From Phoronis australis (lineage: Eukaryota > Animalia > Phoronida), in NCBI GenBank assembly GCA_002633005.1, contig NMRA01000537.1:124001-188000 (forward strand): a stretch of 64,000 nt of DNA. The letters are read 5' to 3'. The notes beneath the pieces were generated by a model. It was not told the DNA's origin. It ran no database searches and saw nothing but the letters and a program-made list of their open reading frames with translations. Shown piece after piece: positions 39,401-51,400 of the stretch (positions within the stretch are counted from its first letter, which is position 1; each line of letters starts with the position of its first letter). A program made the position numbers and the translations under genes.

Positions 39401-42400
39401 ATGGCGGATGTGACCATGAATGTGTTATTACAAATAAGTCGTATTATTGCAAATGTAGAACTGGTTATATACTGGTCAATGGAAAAAAATGTGAAGACAT
39501 CAATGAATGTCTTAAACAAAATGGCGGATGTGACCATGACTGTGTGAATACAGTTGGATCTCATAACTGTAAATGTAGACCCGGCTATAAACAGAAGAAT
39601 GGTAAAAATTGCGAAGACGTTAATGAATGTCTTACACAAAATGGCGGATGTGACCACCTCTGTGTCAACACAGTTGCATCTTTTATATGCAAATGTAAAC
39701 CGGGATATAAACTGACAAATGGCACGAAGTGCGAAGACGTGAACGAATGTCTTACAAACAATGGAGGATGTAAAGGACAGTGTATCAACACAGATGGTTC
39801 TTTTGTTTGTAAATGTGGCACAGGATATAGATTGGTCAATGGCAGCGAATGTGAAGACGTAGATGAATGCAAGCAAAGAAATGGTGGCTGCCAACATACG
39901 TGCGTAAATAGCGCCGGTTCCTTTGCCTGTAAATGCAGACCTGGTTACCGGCTGCAGCCAGGTGGCACGTGCTCGGACATCGATGAGTGCGCGACAAAAA
40001 ATGGTGGATGTCAACAAAACTGTACAAACTTGTCTGGTTCTCACAGATGTTCATGCTTTGAAGGATTTGTGCCAGATGGAAAATATGGCTGCAAAGGTAG
40101 GTATGTGTGAACACAAAAACTAGCAAACAGTGATTAGATTATTTCCCTCACAAACACGCGAGCGCGCGCGCGCGGGCGGGCACACACGCACATTGAACGC
40201 GCTCCCGTTTGCACGGTCTGCACAGGCACACACTTCATTCACTGACATTTGTTATACATTCGAATTTGATCAAGAAATTTTGCGGTTTTAGGGAACATAA
40301 ATGCATTTGCACAGATTTCTCGGCTATGCAAGAATTAACTTGGCAAATTTCCGTTTGTATTTCGACAATATCCAAATTTTAAGAACGTACACCCTTAAGT
40401 GAAACTTTGTGTAAAATGGGGAAAGAAAATTTTCACTTAGTATGTGTGTGACTCATTTTTACAAAACGATTGATATGAGTAGATTTTAAGACAAAAGTAA
40501 CAAATTTTGAAACGTATTTGCAATGGAGAAAAGACGCAAAAACATCCTAATTGAGACATTTTCAAGTGCAAGAGACACTCGATCGCCTGCGCTTGTGAGT
40601 GAAATTTATGTATATGCACGTACCATTTGTAAGATATTAATAAGTTTCGAAATCAAAACGCATCATTCTTATATAGACACGCGAGCAGTTACCGGTTAAG
40701 TGAACAAAGTAACACGTTCATTCGCAGAGTCTTCAAGGATTTTATTTGAAGAATATTTTTGCCATTCGTCATTATTCAGTTGTAGATAATACAAACTTTG
40801 GGTTTCAGATATAGATGAGTGTAAAAACTCCAACGGCGGATGTGATCACGCGTGCCGCAACACACCAGGATCCTACTCGTGCAGTTGTCAAACTGGTTTC
40901 CGATTGGACGTTGACAAAAAGACATGTAAGTAAATGTACCAAACATACATGCCGTAAGTTGCAACGGTGGCGGCAACTCCATTTAACTGTGGACAGCTGT
41001 GAGCGAACATGGCCATTCCCAGTTTCTGAATTTGTAATTTATTTGCAGTTTACAATAACCACATTAAACCGAGCGTAACTTTGTTTGTGTTCAAGTTCTT
41101 GATTGTTTTGAGTAAAACGTTTCAGGTGACACGGTCTGCTAGAGGAAATCTTCTATTTCAATTTCAAATTCAAAATGTCTAACTTTCAAAGTTACGTAAG
41201 GCATGATCACAATTCACAATTCTTTGAATAGTTGAATACTGAAGACGTCCAAGTGTTTTGTCCACGGAGGGGTACGTTGCCTTTTGGGGCTATTTTGGTC
41301 GATTTGGCATACTCTGCTGACGATAAGAGATGTTTTGAATATTTTCAGTTAATTTATGCATTAATGAAATAAATAAAAAATAGTTCCTCAAGTGATGATG
41401 CATTGAGCGTGTACCGAAAATGTCAACCAGAATGAGTTCCGGAAACGCACGAATTTCGTGAAAGCACAAGATCACGCAAGTCTTCACGAGATATCGCAGT
41501 GATCATGTATTACAAGCCGTGCGCATGATCACACCTGATGTCAATCTTTCTTTCGCTAATTGACAAGCTCAGTTTTATGTCCGATGCCACGACGCAATTA
41601 TCTACCGTGCTGAACGAATATGTAAATGTAAACACGCATCGACTCAAAACTGTTGTCAACAAACAAAAACCCATCGCAGTTTTTTGGCCAATTTTATCGT
41701 ATTTCTTCCGCAAAAGAAGGCTTCTACGCTAATTTTTCCCGAGTAATTGAATTCTTATAACTACCAGTTTCTGCCTTTGACAGTTCAATTTATTTTAGCG
41801 GGTACTTTATTGCCGTGAAGATATCGCTTATGTGTTATATTGTCCTGTACAGCACAATAGAAGCTGATATCAACTTACGTGATATCAAAGGCGGACGGCA
41901 ACACCGATTTTGAGGGTTGATGCAGGGAAGCATTGTTCAACTACAACATACTACTGAACGGCCCGCTTTCCTATTGTTTAGCTTTTCGAGAGTGTCCTAC
42001 ACTGTAGGTCTCTGGAACGCAGCTCCGGTACGGTTACCAGTTTTTCCTTGTTCTTCAGATAGAACTGATACATGTAGAGTAACATTTCAGCCGGTCGTAC
42101 AAACAGTGATTTCTTTGCGCTCACACTTCAAGTTTGAAGAATTGTTGATATAGTTCTTACAAATATCGACTAAAAGACTTAATATGCATTTCCGGTTAAG
42201 TAAATACGCCAAATTGACTGAAAACGCCTTTAAGGAACATTTCTCTTTTACTAATTTCCTTGTTACTTGTACTATATTCCCGCTTTTTATTTTATTTTTT
42301 TTTATTTCAGGCATTCAGTCGTGCAAACACGACAATGGAGGCTGCCACCACATTTGCAACGAAACGAACGGCGTTGCCACGTGTAGTTGTCGCCATGGAT

Positions 42401-45400
42401 ACAAAATAACTAATGACACTAAATGCGAAGGTATGGGTTACGAGTGTTCAAGGTACCACATTATTCTGAAATTAGAAATGAATTCATGGGGTTGAATTAA
42501 AGTCCTTTCTCTTTACGTTTTCTTTTAAAAGCATTTGATGGGAAATAATAACCTAATAGTAACAGTAAGCGTGTTCTCGAAATGCTTTTGATCAGTAAAG
42601 TTTTGTGATCAGGTTTTCGCCATGTCATGCGCGCACCCAGGGGGGGCTCGGAGGCTCAAACGAGTCCCCCCCCCCATTTGGCAAAATGGACAAAAAAGTC
42701 AGCCCCGAGAGACAAAAAGTCCTAGAAAATGGGACAAAAGTCCACTAAACATGCGCAAAGGCGCAATTTGGACAGCGGTGCACCCGTTTTTTTTAGACCG
42801 CCCGCCCTTTTCTTAGCAAAAGGTCCACAATCTCGGGAATTCGAGCCCCCCCCCCACCCCATATTNCCACCCCATATTGTAGGCTGGGTGCACGCTTGCA
42901 TGTGGCAACATTTCATGAGTACCAATAATTTTCTACATGTTGCCAAAGGTCATCGATGTCTTTGCTGTCTGTTCTGCAGATATCAATGAGTGTCTGGTGA
43001 AGTATAACGGCTTCTGCAACCACGAGTGTGTTAATTTACCCGGGACGTATGAATGTCGGTGCAACAAAGGTTACCGGATGGTAGCCGGAGTGTGTAGAGG
43101 TAATATAAGTGTTGTTACCAGGTGGTGGCCGGAGTGTGCAAAGTAATATAAGTGTTGTTACCGGATGGTGGCCGGAGTGTGCAAAGGTAATATAAGTGTT
43201 GTTACCGGATGGTGGCCGGAGTGTGCAAGCCGGAGTGTGCAAAGGTAATATAAGTGTTGCTACCGGGTGGTAGCTGGAGTGTGCAGAGGTAATATAAGTG
43301 TTGTTACCGAATGGTGGCCGGAGTGTCCAAATGTATTAACAGAGTTGTTTTTACTATATTTAACTCCTGAATACTTTCACGAAATTTAAAAATCATAAAA
43401 TTGCTCAAAATAAATTGTTAATGCATGGCATTCCCACGAAACGTTTTTACCTTATTAATTACTTCTTAATTCAATAAAAAACGAAGAGAATTTTTGATTT
43501 AGACCACTTACTTGGTCTAGAGCTTGCAAAGAACTTACAGTTTCTATCCCTGGGTGCCATACTCGCCACATAATATGACCTGTGATGATGATACAGCTTA
43601 GTGAGTCTGATCCCAAACAATAATGAACTAACAGTTCTTTCGAATAGCTGACATCACCTCCAAGAAATAACTCATACATACAATGATGCGTGGTACTTAA
43701 TTACGCTGAAAACTGGATACCCGACAAAATGGCGACCTAGCACAAATCTTGCACAAGGAAATGTACAAGTAGAAAAATAGACGTAGGTATAGATGAGGAC
43801 GTGTAGTTATTAGAAGCACTTACAGTAAACCTGTAAGGAAAGAATCATAATATGAAAAATGGTGGGCGAAAATTGGGAGTCGAAAATCGCTGCTGAAGTG
43901 ACTATGAAAACAGTTAGCACAAGCAATACAACAATACTGTAAGTTATGTAGTACGTCGCGTGCCTTACGTCATCAGGGAGATAAGATAACAGTAGTGAGT
44001 ACGGGTACCACATTAAGGACTTAAATAAATCAACGTTGTCCTAGTGTGATCAGTGTTTCTGTCAGTCTTTCGATATAGCTTGCACGGTAACAGCATTGAT
44101 GAGGTTGATGGCGTTTTCAAAAAAGACAAAAACTTGAACTAGAATCTTCAGAGATCGCCACTATTAACGAGAACATTGTTCAATCAATCGAGATTCTGCC
44201 TTTTTTCCTTCTGAGCTCAATCTCATCCCATTCCCTTCATCACAGTTTCCTATCGCTCCTCTCTGTTCTCCATTCCGCGTTGGTCACTGTCTCTTCTTCG
44301 CATTTGTTGCAATTTCCATAATTTATGGTGAATCCCGATATTTCACTTTTCTTACTTTTCTCGTCTACACATCTGATTCTTTTCACTCCTTTCACGCTTC
44401 AGTTTCTCCGTCATGTTTGACTGAATTTGTCATCATTTCCTCTCCCATCGTCTTCCTGTCTCTGTGTTTGCCTTTTTTCCTTCTCTCTTCTTCCTAAGCC
44501 TTATCATGCACTCCTGTATTCATTCCCAATTCCAACACGTCATCATCACAATTTCTATGACCATAATCATCACAGCAAAGACGTCACTTTCATCATCATC
44601 AAAGTCATCATTATTGTCGCCTCCGTCATCATCGTCGTCATCCTTTTATGATGTTGATTATGATTCCAGAACACAATAGATCAAATAGAAAGACGCCCAG
44701 TTTCAACCAAAATATTTTGAAATTTCTGTTTCAACATAGGCACATGTAATCGCGATGACCTCGATCCACCTCGACATGGCATTCGCACGTGCACTGGATT
44801 GTCAGATGATGACGTGTGCCAGATTACGTGCCAGAAAGGTTACGATTACGGCGGCACTAAAGACCGTGCCCTCTACAAATGTAACCAGTGGACGGACTTC
44901 AAGTGGAAAGTAGACCTTCCAGGGGGTGGCTATACGTCACTTACCGTGGCCAAATGCATTGGTAAGTCATTTTGAAGTGTTTTTTTAATTGCACGAATTC
45001 GTGTGCATAAGAAAAGATGATCCTCCGTGATCATACAGTAATCCACACGTAAATCGTTATGTACTCAAGCATAGATTAATATACACTTATTTCTGTTCTC
45101 ACAAAAGAAAAACAGAAAATGTCAAAAATAATGTCAAGTTCAATTTCTAATAAAAAGATTAGACTCTGGGCCCTGAAGAACAAACATTTATAGAGCAATG
45201 CACCTGGAAAGGGCAAAACAATTTTTAGAAAAGACATCTCACAAAGACCCATCAACTTTTGTTTTAGTCTTAAGGTTAAATCCTTTTTGATCATCTCTTT
45301 GTGGATTGAAACCAGTAACTTCTTTGGTAAGTCAATATACACAGCAGTTCTTGTCTTCAACATACCTCAGAAGGACACTGTTGTCATTTCAGTCGATATC

Positions 45401-48400
45401 AACGTTATTATGACGCTAATTGCGAACGGCGAACTGCAGACGACAGAAGCTGATAAAGAAAAGATTAAAAAGGGTCTTATCGACTCCATGATAAAACTTG
45501 CCATTTGTGTTTACCCTTGTCACGTAGGTATCACGTGATCGATGCAAGTTAAAAGGATACTAAACCACGTTTTGGTGATTAATCATCAATCGTTTCCGTC
45601 ACCTGTTACTCTGTCGTTAGTATTTCTCCGAAAAGATGAAAATATTGTTCAGCTATAATTCTTACCTGTCTTGTCTCTGTGGTTCGAAATGTATGGCCTC
45701 TCTCCACAGTCGTCCATTGTTCGCTCGAAACGTTACTCACGCTTGTCAGTTTAGGAAATTTTGTAAGACGTCGTCAAACTTGAGTCAAACCTTTAAGAAC
45801 TGCAGACGGTCTAAAGAACATTAGTTTGTTTCTAAGGTATCAGTGTTAAATCTTAGTCAGATCTGTTAATAGTCAAAATCCTGGTTTAGTATCGTTTTAA
45901 AAGAGCTTTCATGTCGTTGTTATCGTTACTGTAATTTTCATGATAAATATTATCTTCGCCGTAGTCTTTGTTGTCATCGGCATCAAAGTAGTCGTCTTCG
46001 ACACAATCGCCTTCGTCACATTCTCCGCATTTACGTGGGATCTGTGTTGAAAGGATATACGCGACATTTGAGTACTATATCTAAGTACTACGGTAGTTTA
46101 AAAAGGACGGCAGAATTTTTTTGTTGTATTTTATCCATAAGTATCTTCATAGATAGAGATAATAAGTCTGTGGATAGAATTAGTATGACATCTATCGGCA
46201 GTGGTAGTAAGTGTACAAGTATTTGTTGATGAATAGTTATTGTAAAACGTCTTGTAAAGTTTGATTTTTCCGGTAGCGAGTTTTGCTTTAGACATGTTTC
46301 ATCAAACGCCACTCTTCAATTTGTCTTTGAGGGCGGTACCGCCTTCATTGACTTTCGAGCGATATTAGGTCTGCGCACAATAGATTTGGATTGTTCAATT
46401 TGTAATGAGTGGCCATTTTTTCAGCCTTGAGTGACGTCATACTGTTGTAGAGGTGGCCGAAAACCACCATTAAATTTTTGTGATGCGTATGTTCATCTTG
46501 CTCTTGTGTATTGAGTGGGAAGTTTATTGTTTGAATGCACGACCACGCTACTCGATAAGCAGTGTTCATTTCATGACGTCACCAGCACCACAACTTTCAG
46601 TTCAACATTTGCGTTTTGGGTTCTGTCCTTTCTATTGACCTTCCAAGCTTTGAATGATAAAGCCTGAAATAATCATTAGAGTTTTCATTCCATTGGGGAT
46701 AATAAAATCATCATGTTATTGAGTCTAGAAACATATAAATCTAATTTTCTTTTCAAATCTGAAAGTGTCTAGTGTAATCTTGTGCACTCACAGTGACGAC
46801 ACACAATTGATTCAGAATTATCGTGTACTCTCATACGCACATTCATTTATACGCATGCGTGTTTTTGGTGTTGATAAGGACTAGCAAAGCCAATGCACAG
46901 TAGAACTAGAGTCCAGCCTCTGTTTTGATACTCTACTAGTATAGCCTTAAAGTCATTTTTTCTTAGTTTGTAGACTCGTTGCCCATGTCACTAATATTAA
47001 TGATTTCCTTGCAGATTCCAATGAATGAGATCCATATTTCACAAGGTCCTCGTTATAAACGATCTCTAATAAAGAAGTACACTTTTACTATGAAACTTCA
47101 ATCCAGTGTTCCAGATGGTTACGACGCGGCAACTGTAGAAAAGAGCTTAAGGTACCACAGCTGGGCTTGCTCTACCTGTTAAAATACTGTGTTCATGAGC
47201 GGTCGTGGTTAATCACTTGTACTTTTAACCAGAGAACAGTGACATGTTCACCGTTACCTAATTATATTGAAAGTTGAACCCAGTCAGGCAGTACATTATG
47301 GATACCATATTACAAACTGTTAATAAAACAACGAAAGCAAAAACATTCTCAAGTGACGTTAATTTGTACCCATTACTACGTGCAACACATTGTCCTGAAA
47401 ATAGCATCACTTTGTCTATGTTAAAACATGCATAGAGAGTTCCATTGGGTTTAAAAGGATAATGCTTAGGAGATTTCCTATTTGTTGTAGGGAGGGAGCC
47501 GAAAAGTTCGAGGCCCGTCTGTTGAGTGGAAACTTCTTTATAAAAGTGAACGGAATTGATTCTTATCTGAGCCCCGCGGCATCATTCGTGATTTCGACTG
47601 TGTCTCTGGAATGTCCTGTCAATCATGTTCGAACGGACTATAAATGCCGTACGTATACCAAATAACAGGCTTCAGCGTTCGTTTTGTATGTATAAGAGTC
47701 ACTGTAAAAGTAATATAAGATTTCTGAGATGACTTGTCACAAGATCTGTTGTTAATCATGCATCATCAGGTTGATTTATTCTCGAAAATGGCAATATTTG
47801 TCGTTTTAATCGACGTTTTCAGGAAAGTGAAATCGGGGTAGAGTTAAATGTCTGCCTCGCGGCAAGAAAAATCTAGCCAAAATCCCGTGCTCACGTTGTA
47901 AAAACACGGCAATATCTCGCGAGATCTTGCTTTTCTAGGCAATAACGTTACTGAATTGTACTCCTGCCTTTTTCGCCAAGGTTCAGACATCTGAGACAGG
48001 TACAAATTCAAAAATTCTTCCTGTAAACGCAGCCAATATTGATTACCTTCAAAATTTGTCATCGAATCTGCCTAATAGCACGTTATTTTGTATTTCAAAA
48101 ATAAGTTTTGATTTACTGAATTGATCTCGTATAATAATTTTTATTATCCGTTTCACTGATCTGCTTACACTGTTCCCAAGCATTTGCTTGCATCGAAACA
48201 TTTTAATTACGTTTTGCTAACTTTTCAGCTAAAAAGTTCTAATTCGTGGGTACCTGATATTTTCTTTTTACCTCTCATTCTGTGGCTCTGGAGGCTCCAG
48301 AATTCCTTGTGGATTCACTTACGTATGTTTATGCTTTTGCATGAGCTTCACCATCAGATTTTGACGTCGTAAATTTTCTGGATAACAATTTAGAAATCCT

Positions 48401-51400
48401 GGTCATCAAAGTTAAATTTTGCCTTTGGGGGCTGTGCCCTGTTCACGTCATTTCAAAAATTTTCAAAAAATCAAGGTCTCTTAGGTTAGAATTAGTTGTG
48501 CTGAGTTTTTTTGGTGGTTTTGTTCTTCATAGTTTTAGAGACCGGAAATAGCAAATCCTTTACGCCACCTGCGGTCTGTTTCTCGAAGATTCTATAGCCA
48601 AAAGTCAATTTTTCGTCTTTCGACTTTGGCTTTTGGTATGCTCCCGAACAGGCTACGGATTTCTATGTTTTGGGTTCGAGCTCTAGACAAATGTTCGGGC
48701 CTTAACACTTAGCCTAATTTCGTGAAACAGGTTAAGCAGAAAAACAAACCACGATAGACTCTTCGAGATATATCCTCATGCAGTTGTCTATTGAATACCT
48801 TATTGGCCTTTGTCATTTGGCTATAGGAAGGTCAGACGTCTGACTACGAGTAGCCATTTTTCTTTTGCTGTTCTCTAAACGCGTAGTCGAACAGACTACG
48901 AATTTCTGTCTGTTGACTTCGAGTTGTAGGCGAATTTCTTACTTTCAGCCTTGGCCATCCGTATGCTGAGTTTTAACCGAAAAGTCGAAAGGCAACGGCT
49001 AATAAACTCTCCTTGAAACAGCACCATGTTTAACACTCCCCAAACTTGCGTCTTTCCATTTTTGTGGAAACTATTGCGGCTGTTCATAGTTCTGCCGTAC
49101 TCCCTTCGCCTTCACTTCGCAACAAGTGTTAATCTCCAGAATAACGTAGTCGAATGTCACAAAATTTCCACAACACCAATGCTGTGGTGGTCACAACTGC
49201 TGTGCGTATGTCTACTGCGTTCACATGATATCCGATCAGCAAGTGAATCAGATGTCTGGTCCACCTTCTGAAAAAATCCCACGTGAACGCTAGTCTGACG
49301 ACCGGTCTCCGTACTTATCGACCGACCCCAAAGTAGACGGCAGATCAGCCTTCTTGAGGTGACGTAAGTGTTATGCTAGTTACTCGTGACTGCTTAGAGG
49401 CAAGGCGGCTCCCATCTATTATGGTCCATGGTTGGCCATTAAAATGAACACCGAGTATCCTAGCAACGAAATCTGGGCCTCCCAACAAGAACACATATTT
49501 GTCCCCTCATCGCCATCGCTCTGTACTTAGTCCGCGTTCGCTCAGTAAGCTCATTCTCTGTACACACTGCCCTGTACCGAACCACAGGCATTTGACAGAA
49601 ACTAAAATATCCGGCATACTTTATGTCTAAAATATTTTCCTCCCACTCATTAACATGCGGAGGTTAACAATTCAAGATCCATCCATCATTCCAGACTCGT
49701 GTTCCAGTGGCTATCGCTTCATCTCCACAAGCCAGACATGTCAACCATGCGGTCGCGGATATTACCAGTCACTTGACGGACAGAGTCACTGCGACCAATG
49801 TCCTGGAAATTTAACAACGTTCACAATTGGGGCAAGGAACGTGTCAAGTTGCCTTTGTAAGTTTTAGGCCTTATGGTAAACTAACGAATATATTTGATCC
49901 AAATGGAGCACTTGCATCGAAAAGGTGGTCTGTAGCCTTTAACCGGTCATTGAATAGGTAAGTTTGACGTGGCATTTATGACCTGCATTGCTTGCAAATA
50001 ACCCGTTGAGGGCCCCGACACATGAACTTATAATAACACACTGTAGGTTATACATTGTATGGCAGTGCGAGAGAATATATCAATAAATAAAAAAAATGTA
50101 TTTATTTCCAATGTCAAGTTAAGTCAAGAATCGCTGAGACTAGAAAGCGTGTTGAGTATTAGAATGGATGTCTTTACGGAGTTCCGACAGAAATTTAGAC
50201 TCGTGTTGTCCCATTTTGTTTAGCTCCTCGTTGCTATGTTTAATCTTTTGTTCATATTCTTAGTATGTCCCGAGGGTTTTGTCCAGGCAGCAGACGCGGC
50301 GGACGGCATCTTGTGTTTCCACCATTCACGTCGTCCAGTGACCTTCGACGAAGCAGACAAGTACTGTCGCGACAGAACCGCTGAAGTTTTCGTGCCGAAA
50401 AACAGAAGTGACGTCATTTCCTTGGACAAAACACTAAAGCCTCTACAAGACTTATGGATAGGTTGGTAGACTATACGGTAACTGTTAAAATCCTCGAAGT
50501 ATCGCCATGGACCAGATGCAGACTCGCGACGGCCGGTGGGGGCAACATTGTGTAGAACAATTTTAGTGAGATCAGAACTCCCAGAAAAAAGGGGACAGGG
50601 TCAATTTTTGCTGTTTTACGAGTTAGAGTACGTTTAGGAATCTAAAATCTCGAGCTCTACATTTCCCTCTCAAATTCAATCCTCCCCGAGGGAAAAGTAA
50701 TACCAAGAGGTACGTTCGGTATCAGTCTTTTTGTGTGTGATCTATCACTGCAAAACGTGAAAAACATCTGTTCTCTCCGCCTCATTATCACTTAAAGGGC
50801 CACCTGTTGGCTTCATTGTTAACTGAGTGGCACATTCAAAAAGAAGGCATGGCTAGCTCTGACCGTATGAATACGATTGCCAACCAGCAGCATAACGCTA
50901 ACCTGGAGCGAAACAATTTGAAACTGTAGCCTTTCGAAAGCAGGTGCATCCGTACTCAACGTCCCTTTGTAAACACTCAAAACCATGCAAAACTCACGCA
51001 AGTGAAAAGCTAGTGTGTAACTGCCAGTATGGGAAAGGGTAGGAATACCGAAGCTGTGGACTTTACGCGCCTACATTAGCAAAATAGCCACCATTGCAGT
51101 GATTGGTCGGCGGGAGGCTTGGTGGTTGAATTAAGAGAGAAATCTGTTAGTAAATTAGTTGTTTTTGTACCAAAGGTCAAGATTTCTCGTTTCAAGTGTC
51201 CTCAGAAGGGCACTGATTCGTACGGTCCTCTCTGGCTACACCGCTATTAGTCAAGTGTCACTGTCACGTGATACACTGCGTGATGTCACGGGTGTCAATT
51301 TGTCTAGTGTCGAATCATTGTTATCAGTTTGATTACCATTTTCAATGGTATGTCGGTTGTAATAAGAAATTGTGCTTTCAGGTGTGAACGATCGCGTTAC

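Noticed and set aside
39391-40044. 217-aa antisense ORF over the EGF exon
   Set aside because: It is the antisense shadow of a repetitive coding exon, with no recognisable features.
43070-43330. 44-bp repeats as CRISPR or as extra coding repeats
   Set aside because: No spacers. The unit length breaks the frame and a stop follows in the second unit.
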